A DNA stretch of 28,054 nucleotides from a virus (Duplodnaviria > Caudoviricetes): positions 1-28,054 of the IMG/VR virus record IMGVR_UViG_3300005611_000157. One strand, written 5' to 3'. Of the stretch, positions 14,524-24,379 are shown piece by piece. The position numbers and the translations under genes are program-made. Within the stretch, counting starts at the first letter, position 1, and every line of letters begins with the position of its first letter. The notes under the pieces are model-generated. The model was not told the origin of the DNA and searched no databases. It was given only the letters and a program-made list of their open reading frames with translations.

Positions 14524-15695
14524 TGGCGTCACGGCGGCGCAGACGGCCAGCGCAACCGCGCGGCGGGCCGAACGCAGACCAGCGCATCCTTGACGAGACG
14601 ATCCGGCAGTCTGTGCTGCTGGAGCGCGTCAAGGCTACGCTCGCCGCCGAAGCCGCCAAGCCGTGGATCGACGCTGGCTCTGAGCTGGCTGCCTCGATCA
14701 TCGCGCAGATCGAGCTGATCCAGGCAAGCGGTGCTACGCTGACCAGCCTCGATGTCCTTGAGGTGCTGCGCCGCGAGACCAGCCTGCGCTCGCGCGAGCT
14801 CGTGGCATCAGCTGCCGAGCGGATGGAGCGCATCATCACCGAAGGCATGGTGCGGATCTCGCAGATCGAGGCAACGTGGCTTGTCCGCACAGCCGAGCTA
14901 TCCCTGCCGGCCGCAGTGTCGCTTGATGTCCCGCCGATCGACCAGATGCGCGCGTGGACGACCTCCGCGCGGTGGCGCAAGTTCGGCGGAGACACGCAGC
15001 GGCCGCTCGTCCGGTGGTCGAAGGGGCTGCAAGCCGAAGCGCGTGCTGGTGTCCGCAAGGTTGTGGCTGAAGCGCTCCAGACGGGCGCTCCGATCCCTGA
15101 GGTGCGGCGAGCCGTCCAGAACGTCACGAAGCAGGTCAGCCGGCAAGCAGAGGCCGTTGCGAGGACTGGCATGAGCCACGCAACGTCTGTGGCTGACCAG
15201 ATGGTCGCAGAGGCCAACGACGACGTGATCATCGGCGTGATGTGGCTGTCCACGCTCGACTCGCGCACGACCATCACCTGCGCCAGCCTCGATCGCACGA
15301 CCTACCGAGTCAACGAAGGCCCACGCCCGCCGGCGCACTTCAACTGTCGGTCACGGGTGACGATGCTGACTCGCGACATCACCGACATCGCGCAAGGCAA
15401 GACAGGCAAGCCAACACAGGCCGAGATTGATGCTGCCGCCGAGCGGCGGACCCAAGGCAAGCGTGACGGGATCGACTACGACCAAGGCCGCGCGCGTCCG
15501 TTCGATGCGGGCACGTCATACGGGCAGTGGCTGAAGCGTCAGCCAGCAGCGATTCAGGACGAGGTGCTCGGCCGCAGGCGGGCCAAGCTATTCCGCGAGG
15601 GGAAGGTCCAGATTGACCAGTTCGTGGGCGCTGATCATCAGCCGCTGACGCTCAAACAACTGGAGCAGAAGCTGGGTATCGACCTTGACACATAG
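14523..15695 (+). CDS. Minor head protein, Mu gpF/SPP1 gp7 family (short form, no toxin domain)
   Basis: AEAVART, WLSTLDSRTTITCASLD, RPPAHFNCRS and TSYGQWLKRQP...QDEVLG. Confidence 0.93.
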   Translation: MASRRRRRPAQPRGGPNADQRILDETIRQSVLLERVKATLAAEAAKPWIDAGSELAASIIAQIELIQASGATLTSLDVLEVLRRETSLRSRELVASAAERMERIITEGMVRISQIEATWLVRTAELSLPAAVSLDVPPIDQMRAWTTSARWRKFGGDTQRPLVRWSKGLQAEARAGVRKVVAEALQTGAPIPEVRRAVQNVTKQVSRQAEAVARTGMSHATSVADQMVAEANDDVIIGVMWLSTLDSRTTITCASLDRTTYRVNEGPRPPAHFNCRSRVTMLTRDITDIAQGKTGKPTQAEIDAAAERRTQGKRDGIDYDQGRARPFDAGTSYGQWLKRQPAAIQDEVLGRRRAKLFREGKVQIDQFVGADHQPLTLKQLEQKLGIDLDT

Positions 15696-15714
15696 CGCGC
15701 ATATTGTCCAACAT
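15685..15714 (+). promoter_or_regulatory. Possible sigma70-type promoter upstream of scaffold and capsid
   Basis: Perfect TTGACA at 15685-15690 at the edge of an AT-richer intergenic gap. The -10 candidate CAACAT (spacer 18) is weak. Confidence 0.25.
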
Positions 15715-15808
15715 ACAACCAGAGTCCAATCCTTGAACGGCGCGATGCTGTTCGGTGAGGACTGGCGTGATGCCGACACGAGGCCGCGACGGCCGGGAGA
15801 ACCGACGA

Positions 15809-16672
15809 ATGAGTGATCGTAGCTTGAAGGCTATTCTCGACAACATCGACGACCTTGAAGAGCAGCTGGCGGCGCTCTATGTCCCGGGATCTGGCGATCT
15901 CGAAGGCCGCTACGTGCTTGGCGTCGAGGAAGTAGACGGGTTCGGCATTGCCAACCCAGGCAGCGCACACGGTGCGCTTGAGAAGGAGCGCAAGTCTGCC
16001 CGTGCAGCACAGCGCGCCAAGTCGCAGCTGGAGAAGGATCTCGCTGCCGCTCGCGAGCGCATCGCCGAGCTCGAAGAAGGCATGGCCGACGGTGTGCCTG
16101 ATGCTGCCAGCGTCGAGAAGTCCATCCGTCAGAAGATCGAGCGCGAATACGAGCGCAAGATGGAGGCCGCGCTGAACGGCAAGGGCGCCGAGCTCGAATC
16201 ACTCGCCGGCGAGCGCGACAGCTTTGAGAAGCAGGTTCGCAAGCTCCTGATCGACTCGATCGTCGATCGAGGCGAGACGGACCGCTTCCGCTACTCGCCG
16301 AAGGTCATCGGTCCGCACGTCCGCTCGCGCATCGCAGCCGAGCGCGACGAGGACAACGGCGAGATCGTTCGCCGGTTCCTCGATGCCAGCGGCCAGCCCG
16401 GCTACAAGGCCAACGGCCAGCCGTGGGACATCGACGACCTGCTGCACGACATCGCGCGTGACGCCGATCTCGGCAACCTGATCGCACGCAAGGACGGCCA
16501 GCCGCCGGCGCGCGGCACCGCTCCGCGCAGTCCTGACTCCGCACCTCGCCAGTCATCTTCCCGGCGTCGTCATTTGACAGCTGACGAGATGTCTGACTTC
16601 CGCACCTACTCGCGCATCGTCGAAGAGGCGGCGCGCGATGGAACCGAACTTGTCCCGCCCACGCAATCTTGA
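15809..16672 (+). CDS. Capsid scaffolding protein
   Basis: LKAILDNIDDLEEQLAALY...GRYVLGVE, ALEKER and a long coiled coil. Lies between MuF and capsid, with GGAG upstream of ATG 15809. Confidence 0.85.
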   Translation: MSDRSLKAILDNIDDLEEQLAALYVPGSGDLEGRYVLGVEEVDGFGIANPGSAHGALEKERKSARAAQRAKSQLEKDLAAARERIAELEEGMADGVPDAASVEKSIRQKIEREYERKMEAALNGKGAELESLAGERDSFEKQVRKLLIDSIVDRGETDRFRYSPKVIGPHVRSRIAAERDEDNGEIVRRFLDASGQPGYKANGQPWDIDDLLHDIARDADLGNLIARKDGQPPARGTAPRSPDSAPRQSSSRRRHLTADEMSDFRTYSRIVEEAARDGTELVPPTQS

Positions 16673-16719
16673 ATAGGCGCGTCGGGCATCAACCACCAAA
16701 ACGTTAGAGGAAGAATCCA

Positions 16720-17898
16720 ATGGTGACTCCGGTTGTGTCCGGCGCTTGGAACGCGCAGCTCTACGCTCTCGAAGCGCTGCGCTACCTGAGCAACACTCGT
16801 CCGTTCCTGATGACCACGAACACTCGGTATGAGACCGAGCGTCGTGCGTTTGGCATTGGTGACACGATCACCATCAAGAAGCGGCAGACTCCGACGGTTC
16901 GGACTGATGCCGACCTGTCCTACGACTCGCTCGCTCCGGGAACGCTCCAGCTGACCGTGGACCAGTATCGGCACGCATCGAGCGAGATCGCCGACTGGGA
17001 CCTCGCGTTCGCGGGCCAGGAGTGCCTTGACATGCATGTCTTCCCGGCGGTTGATGCGCTGGCGGACAACATCACCACGCACTGCCTCCAGAAGGCCTAC
17101 CAGGGCGTTGGCCCTTACAGCGCGGTCAGCGACCCGGCTGCTGCTGCCGACATCACCGCCGCTCAGAAGGTGCTGATGACGAACAAGGCACCGATCCAAG
17201 ACGAAGCCAACATGCACTTCGTCATCAGCCCGTCGATGAACGCCGAGCTCCTGAACCTGTCGGCGTTCACGCAGTGGCAGGGATCGGGTGCGACCGGCGT
17301 CCAGAACCAGCGGACCGGCCAGCTGACGCCGCGCTACGGCTTCAACTTCCACCCGACGCAGCTCCTGAGCACGCACGCTCCGGGCACGCTTGGCGGCTCG
17401 CCGCTGGTGAACGGCGCTGTCGCGAAGGGCGCAATCACGCTGTCGCTTGATGCGGCTGCGACCTCGGGCACCGTCAAGGCTGGTGATGCGTTCACCATTG
17501 CCGGCGACTCGACGGTCTACGTGGTCACGGAAGACGCGACGGCCAGCTCGGGCGCGATCACCGGACTGAAGTTCGCGCCTGAGCTCCAGGTTGCGGCAGC
17601 CGACAACGCTGTGCTGGCCTTCGCGACGTTCCAGTCGGCGGTCGCTTCTGGCGACGTGATGAACATCGCCTACCACAGCGATGCCTTCGCTTTCTGCGCG
17701 GTTCCGCTGCCGGTTGGCCCGCAGCACACGCAGGCCGCCGACATCGGCGTCGCGACCGACCCGCAGAGCGGTCTCTCGCTGCGCGTGGTCATGGCCTGGG
17801 ACGCCGCGAGCCGCAAGTCGAAGATGACCGTGGACGCGCTGTTCGGGTTCAAGGTCCTGAACCCGATGCTCGCCGTTCGCGCCTACCAGACCATCTGA
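16720..17898 (+). CDS. Major capsid protein, P22 coat (gp5)-like, with an insertion domain
   Basis: IGDTITIKK, GTVKAGDAFTIAG, NIAYHSDAFAF...PL, SGLSLRV and DALFGFKVLNPMLAVR. SD upstream. Confidence 0.92.
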   Translation: MVTPVVSGAWNAQLYALEALRYLSNTRPFLMTTNTRYETERRAFGIGDTITIKKRQTPTVRTDADLSYDSLAPGTLQLTVDQYRHASSEIADWDLAFAGQECLDMHVFPAVDALADNITTHCLQKAYQGVGPYSAVSDPAAAADITAAQKVLMTNKAPIQDEANMHFVISPSMNAELLNLSAFTQWQGSGATGVQNQRTGQLTPRYGFNFHPTQLLSTHAPGTLGGSPLVNGAVAKGAITLSLDAAATSGTVKAGDAFTIAGDSTVYVVTEDATASSGAITGLKFAPELQVAAADNAVLAFATFQSAVASGDVMNIAYHSDAFAFCAVPLPVGPQHTQAADIGVATDPQSGLSLRVVMAWDAASRKSKMTVDALFGFKVLNPMLAVRAYQTI

Positions 17899-17917
17899 GT
17901 CTGGCTGGCTGAAGTTT

Positions 17918-17944
17918 GGCTCGCCGTCCTTGTGGCGGCGGGCC
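17918..17944 (+). terminator. GC-rich hairpin after the capsid gene (terminator, attenuator or mRNA stabiliser)
   Basis: GGCTCGCCGTC-cttgt-GGCGGCGGGCC, 11 bp with two G-U pairs that favour the plus strand. No U-tract. Confidence 0.5.
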
Positions 17945-17963
17945 TCAACTCAACGGAGGAAGC

Positions 17964-18176
17964 ATGGATCGCATTGTGCCCACGCTGAAGCTCTGCAAGG
18001 GCGGTGACTATGTCGTCGTCAATCAGGCGGACGCAGAAGTTTGGCTCGCTGACGGCTGGAAGACTGCCGATGAGGTAGAATCAGCACCGGAAGCAGAAGA
18101 GCCGGTTGTCAATGAAAAGGCAGCTGCTCCTCGTCGGCGACGCACGCCGAAGGCCGACAACCCTTTCGAGATCTGA
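17964..18176 (+). CDS. Small hypothetical head-module protein (70 aa)
   Basis: GGAGG SD before ATG 17964. Small globular N-terminus with an acidic and then basic tail, typical of genes just after the capsid. Confidence 0.8.
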   Translation: MDRIVPTLKLCKGGDYVVVNQADAEVWLADGWKTADEVESAPEAEEPVVNEKAAAPRRRRTPKADNPFEI

Positions 18177-18179
18177 TCA

Positions 18180-21100
18180 ATGGCAGCACCCGCCGCTCCT
18201 TCTGCTGTCACACTCGCCGGCGACCACAAGGCTCTGACCGCTGCGTGGACTCCGGCAGACGAAACCGAGACCCAGTTCGAGGTTCAGTCCAGCCTCGACG
18301 ATGGATCGACTTGGAGCGGCACCTACTACTACGCAGCCGGCGTCACGTCGGCGACGTTGCTTGAGTCTGACGATGACGTGACCGCCAAGGTGCGCGTCCG
18401 CGCGACGAACGGAGACGGCAGTAGCGCGTGGGTCGCTTCGACCAGCAAGGTCATTCCTGTCGCGCCGGCAGAGATCACCAACGACGGCACGGACGTGGTC
18501 CTGTTCGTCGGAGAGCTCGTGGACGGCCATGCGGTGGCCTTCAACGGTGCGGGCTTCACGAACGCATTGCTCTCGGGTGTATCAGTCACGGGCGCAGCTA
18601 CCCTGACGGCGGCCGCGCAGGCAATTCGTGAAAGGGCCGTTGCCACGCACGCGACGCACTGGGCCAAGCGGTTGGCTGGTGCCTCGATGCCGTTCCGCGC
18701 TGATGTCGCGTCGCTGATCTGGGATCACGTCGGCAACTCGATCCCGATCACGGCGGTCGCAGCGGACACGCCGGAAGTCGGCCAGACGCAGATCACGATC
18801 GCCGGCCCGGTTGCACGCGATGTCGGTGCGACGTTCTGGATTCGTGTCAGGGGCACCGGCCTCTCTGACATGGACAACCTAGAGTTCAACGTTGAGGTGG
18901 CGAGCTCGACGGAGCTGGTCATCTCGGGCTTTGTGGCAAGCAGCTCCGCCAGCACGGGCTTTGTGGACCGACCAAGCCTCAACAACTACGACTCCGACCT
19001 GAACGGGCACACGAACTTCCGTGCTGGCGGTGCTCTTCCTTCCAAGACCTACGGGTTCGAGGAGGAGGTCCTGCGCTACATGCAGGACAGGCGATCGCTT
19101 GCGCTCGGTGACAGCACCGGCGTGCCGACGATCGCGATCAAGCTAGGCAACCCGCAGCCGCTGATGAGTCGCGTTGTCGGCACTGCGAGCACGACGGCGC
19201 GCTGGTCACCTGATCTGACTGGCATCGCCAACAACAGCTACGACCAGCTCTCGCGCATCCTGACGGACGCCAAGGCGCTGATCGACGAGCGGGGCGCGAC
19301 GCTGACGCCTCCGCCCTACCGGATCGCCGGCATCGTGATGATGCACGGCCTGAACGAGACATCCGGCGACATCACCAAGATCCGCGCGATCAAGAACGTC
19401 GCTGCCGTGACCGTCACCGCTGATGTCGTCCGCATCCGCACGAGCACGGCGCACGGGATGACGAACGTCGCCACGAAGCTCTACAACCTTGCGCGCATCA
19501 CCGGCATCGGCGGCACGCTTGGCGACGAGCTCAACGGCAAGATCCGTCCGATCTCGGTTGTCGATGACGATGAGTTCGACATCCTCGACTTCGATGCGAC
19601 GGGTCTGTCAGGCACCGTTGCGGCCGGCTCGACGCTGGCTGACCTTGGCGCTCCCTGCTACTGGTTCGACGACCTGATCAGCGCGCAGATCGACGCCGTC
19701 CGCGCGCTCGCCATCAGCAAGTTCGGGACAGGCCAGGATGACGACCTCGTGCCGGTCGCGCTGATCCGGCCAGACTACGACCCCGAATACGAAGCACTGC
19801 TCGTCGGCCAGGACTCGAAGCTGTCGCTGTCCGTTGTCCGCGCGGCGGTCGAATCTGTCGCCGGCCGCAAGTCGCGCGTGGGTGTCGTCAACATCGACGA
19901 CGTGCCGCACCGCGGCGACCCCGGCGGCCTGAACTCGCAGTTCTACTTCGGCCACGACGGGAACCTGCTCGTCGGCCAGCGGATCATCGAGTCGCTTGCG
20001 CGGCCTGTCTCGCTGACGACGACAGGCACGCCGAGCATCGTGGTCCCGATCATCGGGCACTCGTTCGTGCAAGGGCGCAGCCTGCTCGCTGCCGGCTACA
20101 ACTCCGACCCCGAGCTGATCAGCAAGCAGTCCAACCCGCAGAACGGCATGTTCGCTTGGAACATGACCACGCAGGCAATCGAGCCTCTGGTCCTCGATCC
20201 AGACATGCTCTCGGGCACCTACAACGGCTACACGAACCTGACCAGCAGCTCGGTCTACCACCCGGGCGGATGGAACACTGCGAGCTTCCAGGTGGCCTAC
20301 CTGCAAGAGCTCAAGATCAGGTTCCCTGACCACAACATCTACCTGCTCAACCTTGGCGTCAACGGATCGACGGCAGCCACGCACGAGACCGCGCTGACCA
20401 GCGGCGACGTGATCGAGTCTGTGACGGTCGCGTCTGGCGTCGTGACGATCAAGATCACTCTCCGCGCTGGCCAGAAGCCGATCAAGCGGACATCGACGTT
20501 CCCGGTCACGATCAGCGGAGTCACTGGCCTATCCACGTCGATCAACGGCAGCTTCACGGCAACGCCGATCAACGTCTCGACGACCGCGAACCTGCAAGGC
20601 ACGCAGGAGTTCACGATCAACGTCTTCACAAGCGGGACGCCTGTCCTGACGGATGCCCGAGCCAAGTTCCCGGAGCCGATCTGGGACCCGAGCGCGAACG
20701 ACATCTGGGATCACTTCGAGGCACAGACGGCCGCGTTCTTCGACGCCATGCACGCTGCCGGGATTCGTCCCGACTGCCGATGCGCCGCGATCGCGCTCGC
20801 CGAGAACGACATATTCCGGCAGACGGACGTGGAGAGCTACAAGGCCGCGATGCGCCGGATCATCAACGGGCTGGTCACGCTCTACACGACCCGCACGCAG
20901 CCGCGCAACGACATCGCCATCTCGCTCATGAAGGCTGTGAGGCACGGCAGGTTCACCGGCAGCACCGACACGCTCTCTGAATACGAGGCAGCGCAGACGG
21001 CTCTTGCCGGCGAATACCCGAACGTCACGCTGGTCAACGTGGACGAGAACAACGACCGGCTGCTCGATCCGGTCACGATCAGCACCGACAACATCCACCC

Positions 21101-21251
21101 GGACTACAAGGGCTACGTGGCTCTCGGCTACCAGCTCGCCAAGGCGCTCGACAACGTGCCGAACTGGGATGCGCCGCGTGACACGAGCCTGTCAGGCAGC
21201 GGATCGGTTGCGGCGAGTTCCAGCGTGATCGGTGGAGGTGTCACCCCATGA
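18180..21251 (+). CDS. FN3 plus tandem SGNH/SASA-type esterase-domain protein with inserted beta domains; probably a virion fibre or decoration protein
   Basis: FN3 at aa ~1-93 (PAAPS...AWT...FEVQ...VRVRATNGDGSSAW). The second SGNH domain has GHS, GVNGS, AEND and DNIHP; the first lacks Ser and His. Confidence 0.75.
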   Translation: MAAPAAPSAVTLAGDHKALTAAWTPADETETQFEVQSSLDDGSTWSGTYYYAAGVTSATLLESDDDVTAKVRVRATNGDGSSAWVASTSKVIPVAPAEITNDGTDVVLFVGELVDGHAVAFNGAGFTNALLSGVSVTGAATLTAAAQAIRERAVATHATHWAKRLAGASMPFRADVASLIWDHVGNSIPITAVAADTPEVGQTQITIAGPVARDVGATFWIRVRGTGLSDMDNLEFNVEVASSTELVISGFVASSSASTGFVDRPSLNNYDSDLNGHTNFRAGGALPSKTYGFEEEVLRYMQDRRSLALGDSTGVPTIAIKLGNPQPLMSRVVGTASTTARWSPDLTGIANNSYDQLSRILTDAKALIDERGATLTPPPYRIAGIVMMHGLNETSGDITKIRAIKNVAAVTVTADVVRIRTSTAHGMTNVATKLYNLARITGIGGTLGDELNGKIRPISVVDDDEFDILDFDATGLSGTVAAGSTLADLGAPCYWFDDLISAQIDAVRALAISKFGTGQDDDLVPVALIRPDYDPEYEALLVGQDSKLSLSVVRAAVESVAGRKSRVGVVNIDDVPHRGDPGGLNSQFYFGHDGNLLVGQRIIESLARPVSLTTTGTPSIVVPIIGHSFVQGRSLLAAGYNSDPELISKQSNPQNGMFAWNMTTQAIEPLVLDPDMLSGTYNGYTNLTSSSVYHPGGWNTASFQVAYLQELKIRFPDHNIYLLNLGVNGSTAATHETALTSGDVIESVTVASGVVTIKITLRAGQKPIKRTSTFPVTISGVTGLSTSINGSFTATPINVSTTANLQGTQEFTINVFTSGTPVLTDARAKFPEPIWDPSANDIWDHFEAQTAAFFDAMHAAGIRPDCRCAAIALAENDIFRQTDVESYKAAMRRIINGLVTLYTTRTQPRNDIAISLMKAVRHGRFTGSTDTLSEYEAAQTALAGEYPNVTLVNVDENNDRLLDPVTISTDNIHPDYKGYVALGYQLAKALDNVPNWDAPRDTSLSGSGSVAASSSVIGGGVTP

Positions 21252-21760
21252 CAGCGACGGCATACATCGCGGCGGCTGACGTTGAGACCTACTTCGCCAA
21301 CTACGGCGAGGTCCCGGCTGTCTGGACGGCTGCAACGTCTACGCAGCAGGCCCAAGCCATCGAGGTTGCCTCGCGCTGGATCGACTTCGAGTTCGGTATG
21401 CGCTGGAAGGGTCGCCGCACGAGCTCAAGTCAGATCCGCGACTGGCCTCGCACGGGAGTCTACGACCGCGACAACTACGCGGTCAGCTCCACGACCACGC
21501 CGACGGCCGTCCGCAACGCAGCCGCAGAGGCTGCCGTCCTCCACCTGTCGGGCACGCTGACCACGTTCGGCAGCACGTCCGACGCGGTGCGGATCAAGTC
21601 CGAGACCATCAGCGCCGGCGGATCGTCGATCTCGGTGACGTTCATGGGCGGTAAGGCCGAGACTCCAGCCGACAGCAAGAAGTTCCCGAAGATCGAGGCC
21701 ATGCTCATCGACCTGCTCGAAGACTACGGCGGCTCGGTCCAGTGGAGCCCGACGCTGTGA
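21248..21760 (+). CDS. Head-tail adaptor (family often labelled DnaT-like)
   Basis: AYIAAADVETYF, ASRWID, RWKGRR...Q..DWPR, PTAVRNAAAEAA and IKSETI. Confidence 0.82.
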   Translation: MTATAYIAAADVETYFANYGEVPAVWTAATSTQQAQAIEVASRWIDFEFGMRWKGRRTSSSQIRDWPRTGVYDRDNYAVSSTTTPTAVRNAAAEAAVLHLSGTLTTFGSTSDAVRIKSETISAGGSSISVTFMGGKAETPADSKKFPKIEAMLIDLLEDYGGSVQWSPTL

Positions 21761-22149
21761 GCGAGCTTACGGACCGTCTGAAGGCCGGTCTGGAGAAGAT
21801 CGCATCCAAGCTCGGCGAGGGCCTGACGGCCACGCTGACCCTTGAGCCATCCGAGACCTACGACATCGCGACTGGCGAATACACCTCAACGGGATCGCCG
21901 GAGACGTGGACGTTCGCTTGCGCGCCGGTCTACTCGGCTCGCGAGTCTGCGCGCGGCGCCGACGACGAGGCGCTCGGCTCCAATCCTAGGTTCGTCATGC
22001 CAGCCATCGCGCGGTCAGACAACACGCTCATCACGCCTCGCCGCGGCGATCGGCTGACGGTCTCTGGTGTCACGTATCAGATCGTCGGCGTGATCCCGAT
22101 CAGCATCGGCGACGGCGTAGCGGGCTTCAACTTGGAGCTCTCCACCTGA
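21757..22149 (+). CDS. Head closure / head-tail joining protein
   Basis: TYDIATGEY and PRRGDRLTVSGVTYQIVGV. GTG start in a GTGA overlap; syntenic position. Confidence 0.75.
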   Translation: MSELTDRLKAGLEKIASKLGEGLTATLTLEPSETYDIATGEYTSTGSPETWTFACAPVYSARESARGADDEALGSNPRFVMPAIARSDNTLITPRRGDRLTVSGVTYQIVGVIPISIGDGVAGFNLELST

Positions 22150-22673
22150 TGGCAAAGCAGGCTGACAGGCTCAAGAACGTGCTCGGCCGCGTGGCTCGCA
22201 AGTTCCCGGCTGCCGTGGACAACATCGTCAAGGCTGTCTCGATTGAGGCGGCGAACGCGATGATCGACATCACGCGCGTCGATACCGGCCGGCTCCGCAA
22301 CGGTTGGGACGCCGGCATCGGTGCGCCGAGCGAATACAAGCCAACGCCCGGTGCCGAGACCTACTCGGACGATGCCTCGAACCGCGTGGCACAGAAGGTC
22401 AGCAGCAAGCCGCTTGGTGCCGGCGTCTACATCACGAACAACGTCCAATACGCTGCGATCTGGGAGACTGGTGCGTTCGAGCCCAAGAACCCAGGACCAT
22501 CAAAGGGCCGTGGTCGCAAGGGCACGCGCCGGCAGCAGTCCAAGGAAGGCATCGTGCTCGTCGAGAACGGCTACCTGACCAGCACTCCGCAGGGCTTCTT
22601 GGCTGTCGGCATCGCAGCTGCTGAACGCCAGCTTCGCAAGCTCGACGACCTTGATCTCGGAGGCTCGGCATGA
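22149..22673 (+). CDS. Neck / tail-completion protein (HK97 gp10-like)
   Basis: TRVDTGRLRNGW and VYITNNVQYA..WE.G. Confidence 0.85.
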   Translation: MAKQADRLKNVLGRVARKFPAAVDNIVKAVSIEAANAMIDITRVDTGRLRNGWDAGIGAPSEYKPTPGAETYSDDASNRVAQKVSSKPLGAGVYITNNVQYAAIWETGAFEPKNPGPSKGRGRKGTRRQQSKEGIVLVENGYLTSTPQGFLAVGIAAAERQLRKLDDLDLGGSA

Positions 22674-23089
22674 CGTATCAGACAGTCGAGACCAGCCTTC
22701 GCACAATGGTGCGCGATCGCATTGAGACGCCAACGAGCGTCCCGGTCGCATATCCGAACGCGCGGTTCACGCCTCCACGCAGTGCCTCAAACAGAGAACT
22801 GCCGTGGATGCGTATGGCTGTGATTTACACAGACCGGGACGACATCTACGCACAGGGCCGCCGCACCATTACCGGCCGACTTGTCGTATCTGTGTTCGTT
22901 CCGGTAGACTCAGGAACCGCTCGGCTGCTTGAGCTTTCGCAATCCATTGTGGATGCGATCGAGCAGGGCGACGCTGGTTCGGTCCAGTTCTTTTCTCCAG
23001 CCTTGCAGCGCGTCGAGCTGTCATCGAACGAAGCCGCCGGATGGTTGCAAGCTAACGTGTCCGCAAACTTCTTCGCAGACGAGGTCTAA
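22670..23089 (+). CDS. Tail terminator protein (DUF4128-like)
   Basis: VAYPNARFTPP, WMR, GRLVVSVFVPVDSG and GWLQANVSANF. Directly before the tail tube. Confidence 0.8.
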   Translation: MTYQTVETSLRTMVRDRIETPTSVPVAYPNARFTPPRSASNRELPWMRMAVIYTDRDDIYAQGRRTITGRLVVSVFVPVDSGTARLLELSQSIVDAIEQGDAGSVQFFSPALQRVELSSNEAAGWLQANVSANFFADEV

Positions 23090-23092
23090 CCC

Positions 23093-24358
23093 ATGGCGTC
23101 AGTTCGCGCTATCTACATCGGCGGCGGTCAGAGTGGCTCGGTTGTTCCGTCCACCACTGCTTCCGATTACATCGAAACGCTCTTCACGTCGGAAGGCGTT
23201 GCTGCTGTCGCGCAGACGACGCAGGACGACACCTTCAGCGCGAGCCGTCAGCCGCGCGGTTCGGTCCGCACGGGCTTCAACGTCGGCGGCCCGCTGAATG
23301 GCCGACTGCGATACGGCGCCTACGACCACATCATGGAGTCGGCGCTGTTCTCGCCGAACTGGGCCACGCTCCAGACGGTCAGCGGTTCCGGCGTCAAGAA
23401 GATCTCCGCCAACATCACCGTCGATCACAGCGCGAAGACCATTGTCGCTGCGACCAACACGCCGTTCACGGGACTGGCTGTCGGCGACTGGGTTCGCCTT
23501 GAGAAGGACGGCTACCAGAACGACGGCATCTGCCTGCGGATCAGCACTTGGACCGACGCCAGCAACATCGTCTACGACTCGTGGTCGAAGCTGCCGACGA
23601 CTGATGGTTCGGCCGTGACAGGAGTGACTGTTCGCGCCGGCGAGCGCATCACTGTCGGCACGACTGACCGCCTTCACACCTACGTCAAGAAGCTGTCGCA
23701 GGTGAGCGTGGACAGCTATCAGGCGTTCCTCGGCTGTCAGTTCGACCAGTTCGGCATCAGCCTGTCGCCGGGCGATCTGTCGTCCTTCTCGACGCAGGTG
23801 CGCGGCCGCAAGCTGGTCCCGGACTTCACTGGTGACTTCAACCTCGACACCAACGGCGATCTCGTCGCGTCTGGCGGCGCGAACATCCAGATCGACACCT
23901 ACACCGCCAGCGGCTACACTGCGGCGCCGTCAACGTCGGTGCTCAGCACTGCCACGAATACGGGCGGCTCGATCATGATCGACGGCGAGCCGTCGCTGGT
24001 CGTGTCGAACTTCGACTTCAACCTCGCCAACAACATCCAGGGCGAACAGACGATCTTCGTGTTCGGTGACTACGCAGTCGAGCCGGGCGTCGTTGGTCTG
24101 ACGGGCAACCTGAACGCGATCTTCGCCGGCACTGACCTGCTGGAGAAGTTCGTGAACGACCAGAGCGCGCGGCTGGCCTGCTACATCACCGGCACGGACG
24201 ACAAGGGATACATCTTCGATGTCCCGAACGTCCGGCTTGGTGGCGGCGAGTCTGGCTTCAACAACGACGCGCTCGTTCGGCTCGGGTTCACTTGGTCGGC
24301 CGAAGTCGATGCGACCACGAGCCGAGCGTTCCAGGTGGTTCGCTTTGACGCGAGCTGA
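23093..24358 (+). CDS. Major tail tube protein with an internal beta-domain insertion
   Basis: VGGPLNGRLRYGAYDHIMESALFS, YQAFLGC, FDFNLANN, LTGNLNAIF and GYIFDVPNV. Position before the chaperone. Confidence 0.88.
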   Translation: MASVRAIYIGGGQSGSVVPSTTASDYIETLFTSEGVAAVAQTTQDDTFSASRQPRGSVRTGFNVGGPLNGRLRYGAYDHIMESALFSPNWATLQTVSGSGVKKISANITVDHSAKTIVAATNTPFTGLAVGDWVRLEKDGYQNDGICLRISTWTDASNIVYDSWSKLPTTDGSAVTGVTVRAGERITVGTTDRLHTYVKKLSQVSVDSYQAFLGCQFDQFGISLSPGDLSSFSTQVRGRKLVPDFTGDFNLDTNGDLVASGGANIQIDTYTASGYTAAPSTSVLSTATNTGGSIMIDGEPSLVVSNFDFNLANNIQGEQTIFVFGDYAVEPGVVGLTGNLNAIFAGTDLLEKFVNDQSARLACYITGTDDKGYIFDVPNVRLGGGESGFNNDALVRLGFTWSAEVDATTSRAFQVVRFDAS

Positions 24359-24379
24359 TCTGGCCGGTAAGAGATAGGC

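Noticed and set aside
14523-15695. MuF polymorphic toxin
   Set aside because: The protein ends with the ordinary short-MuF C-terminal motif. There is no toxin extension and no immunity gene before the scaffold.
21248-21760. DnaT-like primosomal protein
   Set aside because: The family label is misleading here. Its position between capsid and head-closure genes indicates a head-tail adaptor.
1308-22720. Several GCGATCGC (HIP1-like) octamers suggesting a cyanobacterial host
   Set aside because: Only about six were seen in 28 kb. They are explainable by high GC plus frequent GCG-ATC and GAT-CGC codon pairs.
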